Position numbers and translations under genes: made by a program
The notes under the pieces: generated by a model
Told to the model about the DNA's origin: nothing
Databases searched by the model: none
Seen by the model: only the letters and a program-made list of their open reading frames with translations
Origin: an uncultured Solirubrobacterales bacterium
Lineage (GTDB): Bacteria; Actinomycetota; Thermoleophilia; Solirubrobacterales; JACPNS01
DNA: 64,000 nucleotides
Reading direction: 5' to 3'
Assembly (NCBI GenBank): GCA_937128795.1
Contig: CAKZMQ010000018.1
Coordinates: 74,523 to 138,522, forward strand
Shown here: positions 54,178 through 64,000 of the stretch, one piece after another
Layout: every line of letters starts with the position of its first letter
Numbering within the stretch: position 1 is the stretch's first letter

Positions 54178-54966
54178 ATGCGCTCGTTCAAACGCTGGAA
54201 GATGATTCCGTCCAAGCCAAACCTCGCTGCAACGTTCACGATTGCCGTGCTGGCGGTGTTCGCCACGGGATGCAGCGGATCCGTCGACGAAGCCCTCGTC
54301 GAGGAGGCCGGAGTGCACGGCGACGCCCTTGAGTTGGTTTACGCGCTCTACAACAAAGACGTTCTGGAAAAGTCCTCGACGCGCGACTTGAAGGACATCA
54401 ACAAGGCGCTGGAAGCGAACGATCTGTCGAAAGCAACGATGGGTGACGTGCGGCGCGCGCAGACCGAGATCCAGTCGCGGATCGACGAGCTCGACGACTA
54501 CCGCAAAGAGCTGACGCGAGCAAACACGAAACTGAAGCGGACTCCGATGCCGGACTTCGCGGGCGGGCTCGACGACGACGCGTCGAACGACCAGTTCACG
54601 GAGGACTACGAGCAGACGACCAAGACGGTCGAGCGATACACGACCGCCGGCCTCGCCGCCGTGAAGTTCGGCTTCAGCGCGCTCGAGAAGTACCTCGACT
54701 TTCTCGAACAGTGGGAGGAGTTTCTTGACGACGACGACACCGGTGGCCTGGTTGCATCCGGCGAATCGAGCGACAAGGCGCTGGAGGCGCTGAAGAAGAA
54801 GGCCGCTGCCGTCGACCGGGGTGGCACGCTTTCGACGAAGATCGACCCGTTGGTCGGCAGCATGGCTGAAGCGGCAACCGATTCACCGCAACTCCAGACA
54901 TTGGTCGAAGACCTCAAAGAGCAGTACCCGAAGAGCTTTCTTGCAGTGCACCTGATTGAGAAATAG
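54178..54966 (+). CDS. Hypothetical lipoprotein, helical/coiled-coil rich
   Basis: Lipobox FATGCSG. 262 aa, acidic, with no recognisable family. Confidence 0.55.
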   Translation: MRSFKRWKMIPSKPNLAATFTIAVLAVFATGCSGSVDEALVEEAGVHGDALELVYALYNKDVLEKSSTRDLKDINKALEANDLSKATMGDVRRAQTEIQSRIDELDDYRKELTRANTKLKRTPMPDFAGGLDDDASNDQFTEDYEQTTKTVERYTTAGLAAVKFGFSALEKYLDFLEQWEEFLDDDDTGGLVASGESSDKALEALKKKAAAVDRGGTLSTKIDPLVGSMAEAATDSPQLQTLVEDLKEQYPKSFLAVHLIEK

Positions 54967-55120
54967 GGCACCGGGAGCGGTCCGCGTTTGGGTTTGATGC
55001 ACCGGATGGTTTGACTTTCGGTTTTCACTAAAGAGGGTCAGGCGCGAGCGGTTGCGCGGAGACCGGATGGCGGCGGACCGACCGTTGGTGTTGGGTTCGC
55101 TTGATTTCAAGCGGTGTTTT

Positions 55121-55155
55121 GGTCTTGCCCTCGTCCGGCGGGCGAGGGCAAGACC
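55121..55155 (+). repeat. GC-rich palindromic hairpin related to the 4546-4575 terminator stem
   Basis: GGTCTTGCCCTCG-TCCGGCGGG-CGAGGGCAAGACC. It shares the core TTGCCCTCG...CGAGGGCAA with 4548-4573. It is preceded by TTTT and not followed by a T-run. Confidence 0.6.
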
Positions 55156-55238
55156 GATTCGTCCGATTCGGATGCCGGGCGCTGATTCCCACCCTTCGCA
55201 GCCAACACCCATGCAGTGGTCCTGCCAAAATCGTTCGG

Positions 55239-55727
55239 ATGAGTGAACCGACGAAACTGCTTTTTGTCTGCCTTGGCAACATCTGCCGGTCGCCGACTGC
55301 CGAGGGCGTGATGCGGCACATCGTCGAGCAAGAGGGTCTCGCCGATCGTTTTGAGCTCGACAGCGCCGGCACCGGTTCATGGCACATCGGCGAAGCGCCT
55401 GATCCACGCAGCACCGCCCACGCCGAGGCTCGCGGGATAGCGATCGGTGGCAAGGCCCGCCAAGTCAGCAGCGCAGACTTCGATCACTACGACTTGATCC
55501 TCGCCGCCGACGAGTTCAACTTCCGTGACCTGCGATCGATCGCACCGACCGACGAACTCGAGACAAAGGTGAAGATGCTCCGCGAGTTCGATCCGATGTC
55601 CACTCCCGACGACCTCGACGTGCCCGACCCCTACTACGGCGGACCGAACGGATTCGACGACGTGATCGACTTGGTCGAAGCCGCCTGCCGCGGACTGCTC
55701 GATTCGGTGTTGTCCGAAACGGTCTGA
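55239..55727 (+). CDS. Low-molecular-weight protein-tyrosine phosphatase
   Basis: Trimmed to the ATG at 55239. CLGNICRSP is the C-X5-R-S P-loop, and the DPYYG Asp loop is present. Confidence 0.9.
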   Translation: MSEPTKLLFVCLGNICRSPTAEGVMRHIVEQEGLADRFELDSAGTGSWHIGEAPDPRSTAHAEARGIAIGGKARQVSSADFDHYDLILAADEFNFRDLRSIAPTDELETKVKMLREFDPMSTPDDLDVPDPYYGGPNGFDDVIDLVEAACRGLLDSVLSETV

Positions 55728-55740
55728 GCGGCCGATCGCA

Positions 55741-56628
55741 GTGGTCCACTCCGCGGCGATCGAACGCGTGCTGACCGAAGACTTCGGGATTGAGGTCGCA
55801 TCCGTCACCAAGACTCGAGGCGGCGACATCAACGACGCCTTCCGCGCCGAAACAAGCGACGGCTCGATCTTCGTCAAGTCGAGCCCCGGGGCGCAGGCGG
55901 GGATGTTCACCGCTGAGGCAGCGGGCCTGCAATGGCTCTCCGAGAAATCGGCGATCGCGACCCCTGAGGTCGTCGGCGTGCATGACCCGCTCGCCGCAGA
56001 CTCTGGCCCGCGCCTGCTGGCACTCCAATGGATTGACGAAGGGTCGATCGACGCCGAACGACTTGGCCGACAACTCGCGGCGATGCACCGGCTCGGCGCG
56101 ACATCGTTCGGCTTCACGCCCGGCCCCGACAACAACGCGCCGATGCGATTCAACGACCTTTCACTACCGAACGACCCCCACCCCACATTCGCCGAGTTCT
56201 ACGCGACGAATCGAATCATTCCACTGACCGAGCAATCCGCGACGATCGGACGATTGAGCAGCAGTGCAGCGAGCACGATGCTGACGCTCGCCGATCGCAT
56301 CGACGATTTCGCCGGACCCCCCGAGGCGCCAGCGCGAACGCATGGAGATCTGTGGATCGGAAACGTCATGGCGAGCACCAACGGCACGCCATACCTGATC
56401 GACCCTGTGGCGCATGGCGGGCACCGCGAAGTCGATCTGGCCAACCTGACGGTCTTCGGCGGGCCCGGCCAGCGAACCTTCGACGCATACGATGAAACCT
56501 TCCCGATCGCCGACGGATTCGAGGATCGCGTGCCGCTCTGGCAACTGGCAATGATCTTGCTGCACGTCTACCTGTTCGGCGGTTCGTACGAGGCGCAGGC
56601 GCTGTCGATCGCCAATCGCTACGTCTGA
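55741..56628 (+). CDS. Fructosamine/ketosamine kinase family protein
   Basis: GGDINDAFRAETSDGSIFVK and HGDLWIGNV...LIDPVAHGGHREVDLA. Pairing with an LMW-PTP gene is common. Confidence 0.85.
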   Translation: MVHSAAIERVLTEDFGIEVASVTKTRGGDINDAFRAETSDGSIFVKSSPGAQAGMFTAEAAGLQWLSEKSAIATPEVVGVHDPLAADSGPRLLALQWIDEGSIDAERLGRQLAAMHRLGATSFGFTPGPDNNAPMRFNDLSLPNDPHPTFAEFYATNRIIPLTEQSATIGRLSSSAASTMLTLADRIDDFAGPPEAPARTHGDLWIGNVMASTNGTPYLIDPVAHGGHREVDLANLTVFGGPGQRTFDAYDETFPIADGFEDRVPLWQLAMILLHVYLFGGSYEAQALSIANRYV

Positions 56629-56670
56629 GAAGTTCTGCGCACGCGCAAAAAACATCTGCCCTGAACGCGC

Positions 56671-56701
56671 AAAGACCCCGCCGGGGGACGACGGGGTCTT
56701 T
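56671..56701. terminator. Hairpin between convergent genes (candidate bidirectional terminator)
   Basis: AAAGACCCCG-11 nt-CGGGGTCTTT, flanked by A-run/T-run character on both strands (CTTTGC on either reading). Confidence 0.5.
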
Positions 56702-56787
56702 GCTGGCTCGAACCTGAACCTGGGGGTCAAATCCGATGCCGGGGTGCCGAGACTGTTGCTGGGCGCTGTGCCCGTTTGGCGAAGTGC

Positions 56788-58917
56788 TTACTTGACAAAC
56801 AGGATCTCGCGGTACTTGGGCAGTGGCCAGAGGTAGTCCGGCACGACGCGCTCGAGCTCATCGCCGATCTCACGAACCGCGAGCATCTTGCCGAGCACCA
56901 CGTCACACATGTAGTCAGCCTCGGCCGCGATCTCCGTTGGGTGGTTCTCGTCGAGGTTGGCGATCGCGAGTTCCTTGATCGCAGCCGAGAACTTCTCGAC
57001 CAGCTCCTCAACGTCACCCGCGAGAGACGGCGCGCCGGTCTTCAGTTCGTTGATGTAACGAACCGCGGCCGGCAGCAGTGACGTCTTGGCGAGGTCGTAA
57101 GTGGTCTCGGCCTCGATGTTGGTCTTGATCACGTACTGCTCGATGTACACCTCGTATCGCGACTCGAGCTCACCCTCGGACAACACGCCGTACTTTTCGA
57201 ACGTCGCAACGGTCTGCTCGTCGAGCCACTGCTTCAGAGCGACCGGTGTGGTCTTGAGATCCAGAAGGCCACGCGACGCTGCCTCGGCGTGCCACTCCTC
57301 GGAGTAGCCATCACCGTTGAAGATGATGTCCTTATTGGCCTTGTAGGTCTCGGTCAGGATCGGGGCGAGCGCGTCCTCGAGTGACTTGCCTTCCGCGATA
57401 CCAGCCTCGAGCTTTTCGCACAACTCGTTCAACGCCTCCGCTGTGATCGTGTTGAGCACGGTGTTCGGGTCGCTGATCGACTGGTTGGAGCCGAGCGCGC
57501 GGAACTCGAAGCGATTGCCGGTGAAGGCGAAGGGGCTGGTGCGGTTACGGTCGCCGGCGTCGGCCGGCAGGTCCGGGAGCACCGGTGATCCGAGGTCGAG
57601 AATCGATCCCTCCTTGGAAGTGGTCGCGGTTCCGTTCTCGATCTGGTCGTAAACGTCCTGCAGCTGGTCGCTGAGGTAGACCGAGATGATCGCCGGCGGT
57701 GCCTCGTTGGCACCGAGGCGGTGGTCGTTTCCGGCCGACGCGACGGTCGCACGCAACAGGCCCTGGTGCTTCTTGACCGCGGCGAGGATCGCCGTGCAGA
57801 AAAACAGGAACTGGAGGTTGTCGTGCGGCGTGTCGCCAGGGTTCAGCAGGTTCGTGCCGGTGTCGGTACCCATCGACCAGTTGTTGTGCTTGCCCGATCC
57901 GTTGATGCCGGCGAACGGCTTCTCGTGGAGCAGCGCGACCAGGCCGTAGTTGCGAGCGGTGTTCTGAATCGTCTGCATGATCAACTGCTGGTGGTCACAC
58001 GAGAGGTTGCTGCTCTCGAACATCGGAGCGACCTCGTACTGGGCCGGGGCGACCTCGTTGTGACGAGTCTTGATCGGCACACCTAGCTTGGCCAGCTCAT
58101 TTTCGAATTCCATCATGAAGGCGAGCACGCGCTCTGGAATCGATCCGAAGTAGTGGTCGTCGAGCTCTTGGCCCTTCGGCGGCTTGGCACCGAACAGCGT
58201 GCGGCCGGTTGTGACGAGGTCGGGGCGCTCGTAGAAGTAGTGCTCAGGGATCAAGAAGTACTCCTGCTCGGCACCGGCCGTCGTGAAGACTGCCTGCGAT
58301 TCGTCGTCGCCGAAGAGACGGACGGCGCGAAGCGCGGCATCGGACAGCGCACGCATCGAACGCAGCACCGGAATCTTCGTGTCCAGGGCATCCCCGGTCC
58401 ACGAGGTGAATGCCGTCGGGATGCAGAGCGTCGCACCGTTCGGGTTCTCGAGGATGAAGGCTGGAGAGGTCGGATCCCATGCGGTGTAACCGCGAGCTTC
58501 GAAGGTCGAGCGAAGGCCGCCGTTCGGGAACGATGACGCGTCGGGTTCGGCCTGGATCAGCTCCTTGCCACGGAACTTGGCGAGTGCCTTGCCATCCTTC
58601 GGCTCGTAGAAGGAGTCGTGCTTCTCGGCGGTACGACCGGTCAGCGGTTGAAACCAGTGGGTGTAGTGAGTCGCACCCTTGCCGAGTGCCCACTCGAGCA
58701 TCGCGGCGGCGACTGCGTCGGCGACGTCGGGGCTGATCGCTTCGCCGGCCTTCAGTGCGGCCTTGAACTGGTCGAAGCTCTCTGTCGGCATGAGCTCCTT
58801 GGCGACGTCGTCGGTGAAGACGTTCTGGTTGAAGACCTCTTCCTCGGACGAACTTGTGGTTCCGTTGCGGAAACCCCAATGCGTGCCGGTGATGGCGTGC
58901 TGGCGTAGAGCTGTCAT
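56788..58917 (-). CDS. glnN: Glutamine synthetase type III
   Basis: 709 aa. The length and the N-terminal [14 protein letters not shown] segment are typical of GS-III. Confidence 0.9.
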   Translation of the reverse strand: MTALRQHAITGTHWGFRNGTTSSSEEEVFNQNVFTDDVAKELMPTESFDQFKAALKAGEAISPDVADAVAAAMLEWALGKGATHYTHWFQPLTGRTAEKHDSFYEPKDGKALAKFRGKELIQAEPDASSFPNGGLRSTFEARGYTAWDPTSPAFILENPNGATLCIPTAFTSWTGDALDTKIPVLRSMRALSDAALRAVRLFGDDESQAVFTTAGAEQEYFLIPEHYFYERPDLVTTGRTLFGAKPPKGQELDDHYFGSIPERVLAFMMEFENELAKLGVPIKTRHNEVAPAQYEVAPMFESSNLSCDHQQLIMQTIQNTARNYGLVALLHEKPFAGINGSGKHNNWSMGTDTGTNLLNPGDTPHDNLQFLFFCTAILAAVKKHQGLLRATVASAGNDHRLGANEAPPAIISVYLSDQLQDVYDQIENGTATTSKEGSILDLGSPVLPDLPADAGDRNRTSPFAFTGNRFEFRALGSNQSISDPNTVLNTITAEALNELCEKLEAGIAEGKSLEDALAPILTETYKANKDIIFNGDGYSEEWHAEAASRGLLDLKTTPVALKQWLDEQTVATFEKYGVLSEGELESRYEVYIEQYVIKTNIEAETTYDLAKTSLLPAAVRYINELKTGAPSLAGDVEELVEKFSAAIKELAIANLDENHPTEIAAEADYMCDVVLGKMLAVREIGDELERVVPDYLWPLPKYREILFVK

Positions 58918-59087
58918 TTGTTGCCTATCTCCTCTGTGACTGTCAACGATCCGGAGCCTCTGGAATTGTTCCAGATCGGTCTTGGGTGGGGTGAATGAAT
59001 TTGTTGTCTCGAAAGTCTTGACGACCGTGATGGATGCGTCGCAGAGCCTAAGCCAATCGGCTGCGTGCCGCGCTTATCCAGATGTAC

Positions 59088-59133
59088 AAAACCCGGCAAT
59101 CGGCGTTGGCCAGCGCGATTATCCGCCGGTTTT
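59088..59133 (-). terminator. Candidate terminator after the 706-aa membrane protein gene
   Basis: The minus strand reads AAAACCGGC-27 nt-GCCGGGTTTT followed by GTACAT. The stem has one bulge, a long structured loop and a U-run. Confidence 0.45.
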
Positions 59134-59165
59134 CAACTCGCAAACTAGTAAAAAGTCGGTACCAA

Positions 59166-61286
59166 CTAGCCATTTTGGGCTAGTGGCTGCCTGCCACGCA
59201 CGTAGAGCACGCACATCCCGAGATAGATCGTCCCGATCAACAGAATCGCCGGGCCCGAGTCATTGGCGAGCGCGCCGACCACCGTTCCGGCGAGGCCACC
59301 TACGAACCCCGCACGCATCGGACGCATCTCGTCTGCGCTCGCGCCTCCCTCGGTGAGCCGCGCGAAGACTCGCTCTCGCTTGACCCAGCCCCACGCGAGC
59401 AGACCAAGTGAGATCAGCACCCCGACCCAAACACCGCCATTGCGAGCGCCCTCGACGCTGGCGCGAAAACGCCGCTCGACGACCGTTATCAATTCGCCCG
59501 GTCCCTGCGCCTCAAAGACGGTTCTGGTCAGGTGCGACTCGCCCGAAGAGACGGCATCGAGCAGCCCGATCGCGATCAGCCCGAGCACTGGCACGGCCAC
59601 GATTGCCAGCGCGCGCAGGACGGTGATTTTCAGTCGTGCCACATAGAGCGCGGCTGCGCCAAATGCTGCGGCGGCGAAAATCACCCCACCGACGTCAGCA
59701 CCGATCCTGCCGGCTCCGAGATAGAGGGCGAGCGCGACGCACGAAAAAGCAAACCATCGAGCCGGGCGAGCCAGCGACCGTCCACTCATTGCGGCGCCAC
59801 AGCCGATCACCGCACTGACGCAGATCACGGCTTCGAGCTCGTTGCCGACGCCGAAGAAGCGCGCGCCATAGAGCGGGTTCGAACCGAGCAGGGACTCGCC
59901 CGTCAGCTCGCCGCCGAGCAGGATGAAGTCGAGCCCATGAGCGGCCAGCACAACCAGCGCCGGAAGCCAGGGACCACGCGGCCACGGGATCAGGCGGTCG
60001 GTCAAATATGCCGCGAGCAGCGACCCGAAAACGACCACGTCCGCCTCAATCGCCCGCGATGGACGCAAGGCTGCGGTGACCAACAGGAAGAATGGCAACC
60101 AGAGCACCGCCAGCCCGATGAGCCGCTGGGCAAGTCTCGCCGTTTCACGGGATCGGCCTGCCAAGCGCCCGACCAAGAGCAGCACCAGCAGGAAAAACCC
60201 GCCGAGCACCAGGACGTCCTTGCCGAGCGGGGCGCGACGGCCGGCGATCAGCGCAAGCCGGTCATTCATCTCGTTGAGTTCCGCCGCACTCAGCCGCGGT
60301 GCCTCCACGATCGGCTGCCCCTGCATAGATGAAGGCTGCGGCACTTTCAACCGATCGAGGATCGTCGGGGCCACGTCGGTCGCAGCGACGAGACCAGTTC
60401 GACGCGTCGTCCTCGACGAGATTCCGCCCTCCGAGCCAATCCCGCGCACGGCCAGCGTAAGCAGGCGCGTGCGAGCAGGATCCGGTGGCGACTGGACGAC
60501 GACGATCATGCGAGCCGGGTCTTGCAGAGCGAGCGAGCGAGCGATGCCGTACCCGGGACCGCCAGCGGGAAGCTCTGCGACAACGAGATCTGCATCGCCG
60601 CCTGCGTCCAAAATGTCCGCGCGCAAATTGCGCTGACTTGTCGATCTGACTGATTGGAGCCTTCCGGCGGTGTCTGCGGCCGCGACCGCCGACAGCGTCG
60701 GCACTCCATTGAAACCGATCCAATCGACTTTCTTACCGGCCTCCGCGAGCGCGCAGCCAAGGAGTCCGGGGATGACGTCACCCGGCACTGCATTCGCGCG
60801 GTCCACCAGCCCCGCCCATCCGACCATTCGCCCAGAACCGTCCTGCTCGAAAATCAGCCCGGGCCGCGGCGGGATCGCCGGTTTGTAGAGACTCGTCGCA
60901 ACTCGGGACCCCTGCGAGATATCAAGCATCATCTGCAAGGGCGTGTAACGACCGAGCGTGGGACTGAACAGGCCAACCGAAAACCCCGGTAGTTGTTCGA
61001 GATCGGCGGTTAGCGCAGGCCTCGGAGTACGCAGCGGACCGGGTATGAAGAGCAGGGTCGCGCGTTCAGACCGAGGCGCATTCGACGGTTCGGTCGAGCC
61101 TCGGACATCCTCGTCCCCGCAGGTCGTCGGCTTCGCGGCCGACGCGGGCATCGTCGCAAGAAGTAGTGCGCTGAGGGATGCCAGCAACGCAAAACCGATG
61201 ATCGCGCGAGGGCCGAATCGAGTCAATCGGCTCACGCCCAACATTGCGGCGACTATACCGGTGCACCGGGCGGGCACGGATCGCAT
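59166..61286 (-). CDS. Large membrane protein: N-terminal exported alkaline-phosphatase-superfamily-like domain followed by about 10 TM helices (start uncertain, 61286 or 61244)
   Basis: Signal/anchor IIGFALLASLSALLLATMPASA. RTGLVAATDVAPTILDRLKVPQPSSMQGQPI resembles the C-terminal motif of sulfatase/phosphotransferase-type domains. The C-terminal half is polytopic. Confidence 0.55.
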   Translation of the reverse strand: MRSVPARCTGIVAAMLGVSRLTRFGPRAIIGFALLASLSALLLATMPASAAKPTTCGDEDVRGSTEPSNAPRSERATLLFIPGPLRTPRPALTADLEQLPGFSVGLFSPTLGRYTPLQMMLDISQGSRVATSLYKPAIPPRPGLIFEQDGSGRMVGWAGLVDRANAVPGDVIPGLLGCALAEAGKKVDWIGFNGVPTLSAVAAADTAGRLQSVRSTSQRNLRADILDAGGDADLVVAELPAGGPGYGIARSLALQDPARMIVVVQSPPDPARTRLLTLAVRGIGSEGGISSRTTRRTGLVAATDVAPTILDRLKVPQPSSMQGQPIVEAPRLSAAELNEMNDRLALIAGRRAPLGKDVLVLGGFFLLVLLLVGRLAGRSRETARLAQRLIGLAVLWLPFFLLVTAALRPSRAIEADVVVFGSLLAAYLTDRLIPWPRGPWLPALVVLAAHGLDFILLGGELTGESLLGSNPLYGARFFGVGNELEAVICVSAVIGCGAAMSGRSLARPARWFAFSCVALALYLGAGRIGADVGGVIFAAAAFGAAALYVARLKITVLRALAIVAVPVLGLIAIGLLDAVSSGESHLTRTVFEAQGPGELITVVERRFRASVEGARNGGVWVGVLISLGLLAWGWVKRERVFARLTEGGASADEMRPMRAGFVGGLAGTVVGALANDSGPAILLIGTIYLGMCVLYVRGRQPLAQNG

Positions 61287-61310
61287 GGGCGCCGCCTATG
61301 ATTGCGCTCA

Positions 61311-62012
61311 ATGGCTGGTCAGTCCTTCGTCAAATTCACCGCGATAAAAGTCGATCCCCAATGGCGTCGTCGTACACCCGAGGAACGCACGCTCGACAAG
61401 AAGGAGTTCGCGGCCGCATGCAACAACTTTGCTGTTGCGGATTTTCTACGCGGATATTCGTTGGTCGGCACGAAAGGCTCGGCGGACTTGCTGCTCTGGA
61501 CCGCATCGCCAAATCTCGACCACATACACGAATTGCACGTACTGCTCAACCAGAGCGGGATCATGCGCTTCGGCGAAATCGCACATTCGTTTCTGGCCAT
61601 GACCAAGAATTCGCCGTACTCCGATGACGATCGCACAAAGGTCCGGCCCGGCGACGGCGACTACCTGTTCGTGTATCCGTTCGTGAAGACGCGAGATTGG
61701 TATCTGCTGCCGCTCGAAGAACGGATGCGGATCATGAAGGAGCACATTGACGTTGGACGCGAGTTCCCGCACATCAATCTCAACACCTCGTACTCGTTCG
61801 GGCTCGACGACCAAGAGTTCGTGGTCTCGTTCGAGGCCGACAAGCCGTCGGACTTTCTCGATCTCGTACAGAAACTTCGCGAAACTGAATCGAGCAAGTT
61901 CACGCTTCGCGACACGCCGATGTTCACGTGTCGGTCGATGTCAATCGAACGTGCGCTGAATGCGCTTGACGGCACAGCGCCGGTCGTCGTGCCCGAAACC
62001 GTCGCGAATTAG
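61311..62012 (+). CDS. hemQ: Chlorite-dismutase-family coproheme decarboxylase
   Basis: ATG at 61311 (the ORF track uses TTG at 61302). YLFVYPFVKTRDWYLLPLEERMRIMKEHIDVGREF ... SFGLDDQEFVVSFEADKPSDFLDLVQKLRETE is the HemQ/ChdC pattern. Confidence 0.85.
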   Translation: MAGQSFVKFTAIKVDPQWRRRTPEERTLDKKEFAAACNNFAVADFLRGYSLVGTKGSADLLLWTASPNLDHIHELHVLLNQSGIMRFGEIAHSFLAMTKNSPYSDDDRTKVRPGDGDYLFVYPFVKTRDWYLLPLEERMRIMKEHIDVGREFPHINLNTSYSFGLDDQEFVVSFEADKPSDFLDLVQKLRETESSKFTLRDTPMFTCRSMSIERALNALDGTAPVVVPETVAN

Positions 62013-62869
62013 TCGCTGACGTTCGCCCGCAGGAACGGCAACAGCAGGTCGGCGGTCGCCTGTGGCAGCTCCGCGTGCGGCCAATGGCCAGCACCGCCAA
62101 TCAGTTCGATCGTGGCGTTTGGAAGCGATTCCGTGTTGCGCGACGCCAGAGTGGCCGGCAGGTACGGATCATCCATCCCGAAGATCACCAAGGCCGGCCA
62201 CTCTCGACTGAGCATTCGAATCGCCGGCAATTGCTCCGCCTGATCACCCATCGCGGTAGCCCGGTACAACGCGAGCACCGCTCGGCGGGTCGAGCGATCG
62301 AAATTCGACCACATCTGATCGACGAGCCAGTCGGGTAGCGATCGCATCGCAAACGCGAATCCTCGCTTGTTCGCGATCATCATGAAGAGCTCGCCAAGCA
62401 GAGGCGTGCGATAAATCCGGGCGATGCGATGCCAGCGGTACCCACGCATCAGACCGCTGTTGATCATCACGATCGAGCCGACCCGATCCGGCGAATATGC
62501 CGCCGCGAGCAAGTTGAACGCCCCACCGAAGTCGTGACCGACGAGCTGTGCTCGCTCAACCCCGAGCGCCTCGAGTTGCTTGGCCAGGTGAACGCCGATG
62601 TTTGCGACGCTGTATTCGAAAGCGCGCGGCGGCGGTTTGTCGGCACCGCCGAATCCCGGCATGTCTAGCGCTATTGCTCGCGAGAACTTGCCTGTCTGCG
62701 CGACCAGCTGCGTGAACTCTGCGGCGCAGCCGGGGCTGCCGTGGGTGAATACGACCGCTTCGCTTGCCGACTTGTCACCTGCCTGGATCCACGGCGAACG
62801 TACACCGTCGACCACAACTGAACCCTGCGTGACCGAATCTGGCGTGACTGGACTCTGTATGCCTGACAT
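62009..62869 (-). CDS. Alpha/beta hydrolase (epoxide-hydrolase/haloalkane-dehalogenase-like, Asp nucleophile)
   Basis: HGSPG oxyanion region and the LVGHDFGG nucleophile elbow. Its stop overlaps the hemQ stop by 2 nt (convergent). Confidence 0.8.
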   Translation of the reverse strand: MSGIQSPVTPDSVTQGSVVVDGVRSPWIQAGDKSASEAVVFTHGSPGCAAEFTQLVAQTGKFSRAIALDMPGFGGADKPPPRAFEYSVANIGVHLAKQLEALGVERAQLVGHDFGGAFNLLAAAYSPDRVGSIVMINSGLMRGYRWHRIARIYRTPLLGELFMMIANKRGFAFAMRSLPDWLVDQMWSNFDRSTRRAVLALYRATAMGDQAEQLPAIRMLSREWPALVIFGMDDPYLPATLASRNTESLPNATIELIGGAGHWPHAELPQATADLLLPFLRANVSD

Positions 62870-62927
62870 TTGCCAATCATACAGATAAAACCGTTCAGTT
62901 CGTACTATCTAGGGCGCAAGCGCGGGT

Positions 62928-64000
62928 TCAGCTATTGGCGATCTCAGCCATCTCCGCGACATCGACCAGCTTCACTCGCGGGCGACCCTGCGGCTCGCCG
63001 AGCGCGATCTCGTGCCGATCGATCTTGCCCCAGCCTTCCCAACTCGTCAGATTCGGGACTCTCGATCGCAGCCATGACTCGGTGTCGTCGCTGACGCTCG
63101 GAGAGCCGAGCCTGCCCGCTTCGCGATCCTCGACAATCTTTGCGACCGTGTCCGCCGAATCTTTCTTGTTCGTTCCGATCACGCCGGACGGCCCCCGCTT
63201 GATCCAACCAGTGACGTACTCCCCTGGGATCGGCACGCCCTGGTCGTCGGTCACGCGGCCACCGTCGTTGCGAATCAGTCCGCGCTTGGGCTCGAATGGG
63301 ATGTCGTCGAGCGGCTCACCGCGATAGCCGATCGAACGCATCACGAGCCCGCACTCGATGTCCTCGGTCTCGCCGGTCGGCACCGCGCGCGGGTTGCCAT
63401 TGCCGTCGTCCTCGATCTTGTTGATGCCGACGCGAATGCCGGTGACTTTGTCGCCGTCGCCAAGGATCTCAACCGGCGAACGCAGGTACTTGAGCACTAC
63501 GCGGTGGGTCTTGCCCTCCGGGGTGCGGGTCGAGTATTCCCGCATGATCTCGACGTTTCGTCGGTTCGTCGGGTCAGCGCCTTCGCCGGCCAGCCAAGTC
63601 TCGCTGACCTCGTCGAGTTCCATGTCGGCCGGGTCGACGATCACGTCGGCGCGCTTGAGCTCGCCGAGTTCGAGCAGTTCTGGATTGGTGAAAGCTGCTT
63701 GTGCCGGGCCACGGCGGCCGAGCAGGATGACCTCTTTGATGCCACATTCGGCCAGCGTCTTGATCGCGTGGTCGGCGGTGTCGGTCGGCTCGACTTCGTC
63801 CGGGTCGAGCACGAGCATGCGCGCGACGTCGATTGCGACATTGCCGTTGCCGATCACAACTGCGCGCTCGCAGTTCAGGTCGAAACTCTTGTTGGCGGCA
63901 AACGGGTGGCCGTTGTACCAGGCGACGAATTCGGTAGCCGGGTGCGACCCGGCAAGATCCTCACCCTCGATGCCGAGTCGGTTGTCAGAACTGGTTCCGG
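62928..64000 (-). CDS. fprA: NADPH:ferredoxin (adrenodoxin-type) reductase, FprA-like; N-terminus beyond the right window edge
   Basis: The ORF track starts at GTG 63857, but the frame stays open to 64000 (…ATEFVAWYNGHPFAANKSFDLNCERAVVIGNGNVAIDVARML). FVAWYNGHP and GNGNVAxDVAR are FprA/AdR hallmarks. Confidence 0.8.
   Translation of the reverse strand, partial: GTSSDNRLGIEGEDLAGSHPATEFVAWYNGHPFAANKSFDLNCERAVVIGNGNVAIDVARMLVLDPDEVEPTDTADHAIKTLAECGIKEVILLGRRGPAQAAFTNPELLELGELKRADVIVDPADMELDEVSETWLAGEGADPTNRRNVEIMREYSTRTPEGKTHRVVLKYLRSPVEILGDGDKVTGIRVGINKIEDDGNGNPRAVPTGETEDIECGLVMRSIGYRGEPLDDIPFEPKRGLIRNDGGRVTDDQGVPIPGEYVTGWIKRGPSGVIGTNKKDSADTVAKIVEDREAGRLGSPSVSDDTESWLRSRVPNLTSWEGWGKIDRHEIALGEPQGRPRVKLVDVAEMAEIANS

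Overview
High-GC chromosomal segment that looks like Actinomycetota. The evidence is Mce/YrbE/Mkl, MMPL, an actinobacterial-type IHF, HemQ, FprA, GS-III, many GTG/TTG starts and 1-4 nt start/stop overlaps. A Thermoleophilia/Solirubrobacter-like origin is only a guess. I call about 60 protein genes. I saw no rRNA, tRNA, CRISPR array, transposase, integrase or phage genes.

Main blocks, left to right:
(1) A minus-strand fatty-acid beta-oxidation group: acyl-CoA dehydrogenase, DsbA/HCCA-isomerase-like, PadR, fused HADH/enoyl-CoA hydratase, Sir2. It is interrupted by a ~700-bp lower-GC insert bounded by inverted copies of a 21-bp motif.
(2) Two paralogous envelope lipoproteins.
(3) An eight-gene, tightly spaced plus-strand cluster: two secreted glucuronyl-C5-epimerase-like paralogues, an ArsA/Get3-type ATPase, a small acidic protein, a PQQ-type sugar dehydrogenase-like lipoprotein, a membrane protein, MoxR and a CoxE-type VWA protein.
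(4) A TPP riboswitch followed by a thiZ-thiX-thiY-like ABC importer.
(5) A collagen-tract secreted protein, a secretory lipase, and a TetR-GNAT pair divergent from a serine-palmitoyltransferase-like alpha-oxoamine synthase.
(6) An mIHF-like gene with a long repeat-bearing leader.
(7) A 15-gene minus-strand locus: yrbEA-yrbEB-mkl-mceABCDEF, then MMPL, a CxxC-less thioredoxin-fold protein and membrane proteins.
(8) A 339-bp MITE-like element with perfect 30-bp terminal inverted repeats.
(9) korAB, amtB-glnK, metH, an RHH-PIN toxin-antitoxin pair, LMW-PTP plus fructosamine kinase, GS-III, a large membrane protein, hemQ, an alpha/beta hydrolase and fprA.

The best candidates for undescribed biology are the eight-gene epimerase/ArsA/MoxR-VWA cluster, the Mce-MMPL-redoxin fusion locus, the SPT-like/GNAT pair, and the TTGCAA-N9-TTGCAA repeat family. 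All functional calls come from reading motifs by eye. No database search was possible.
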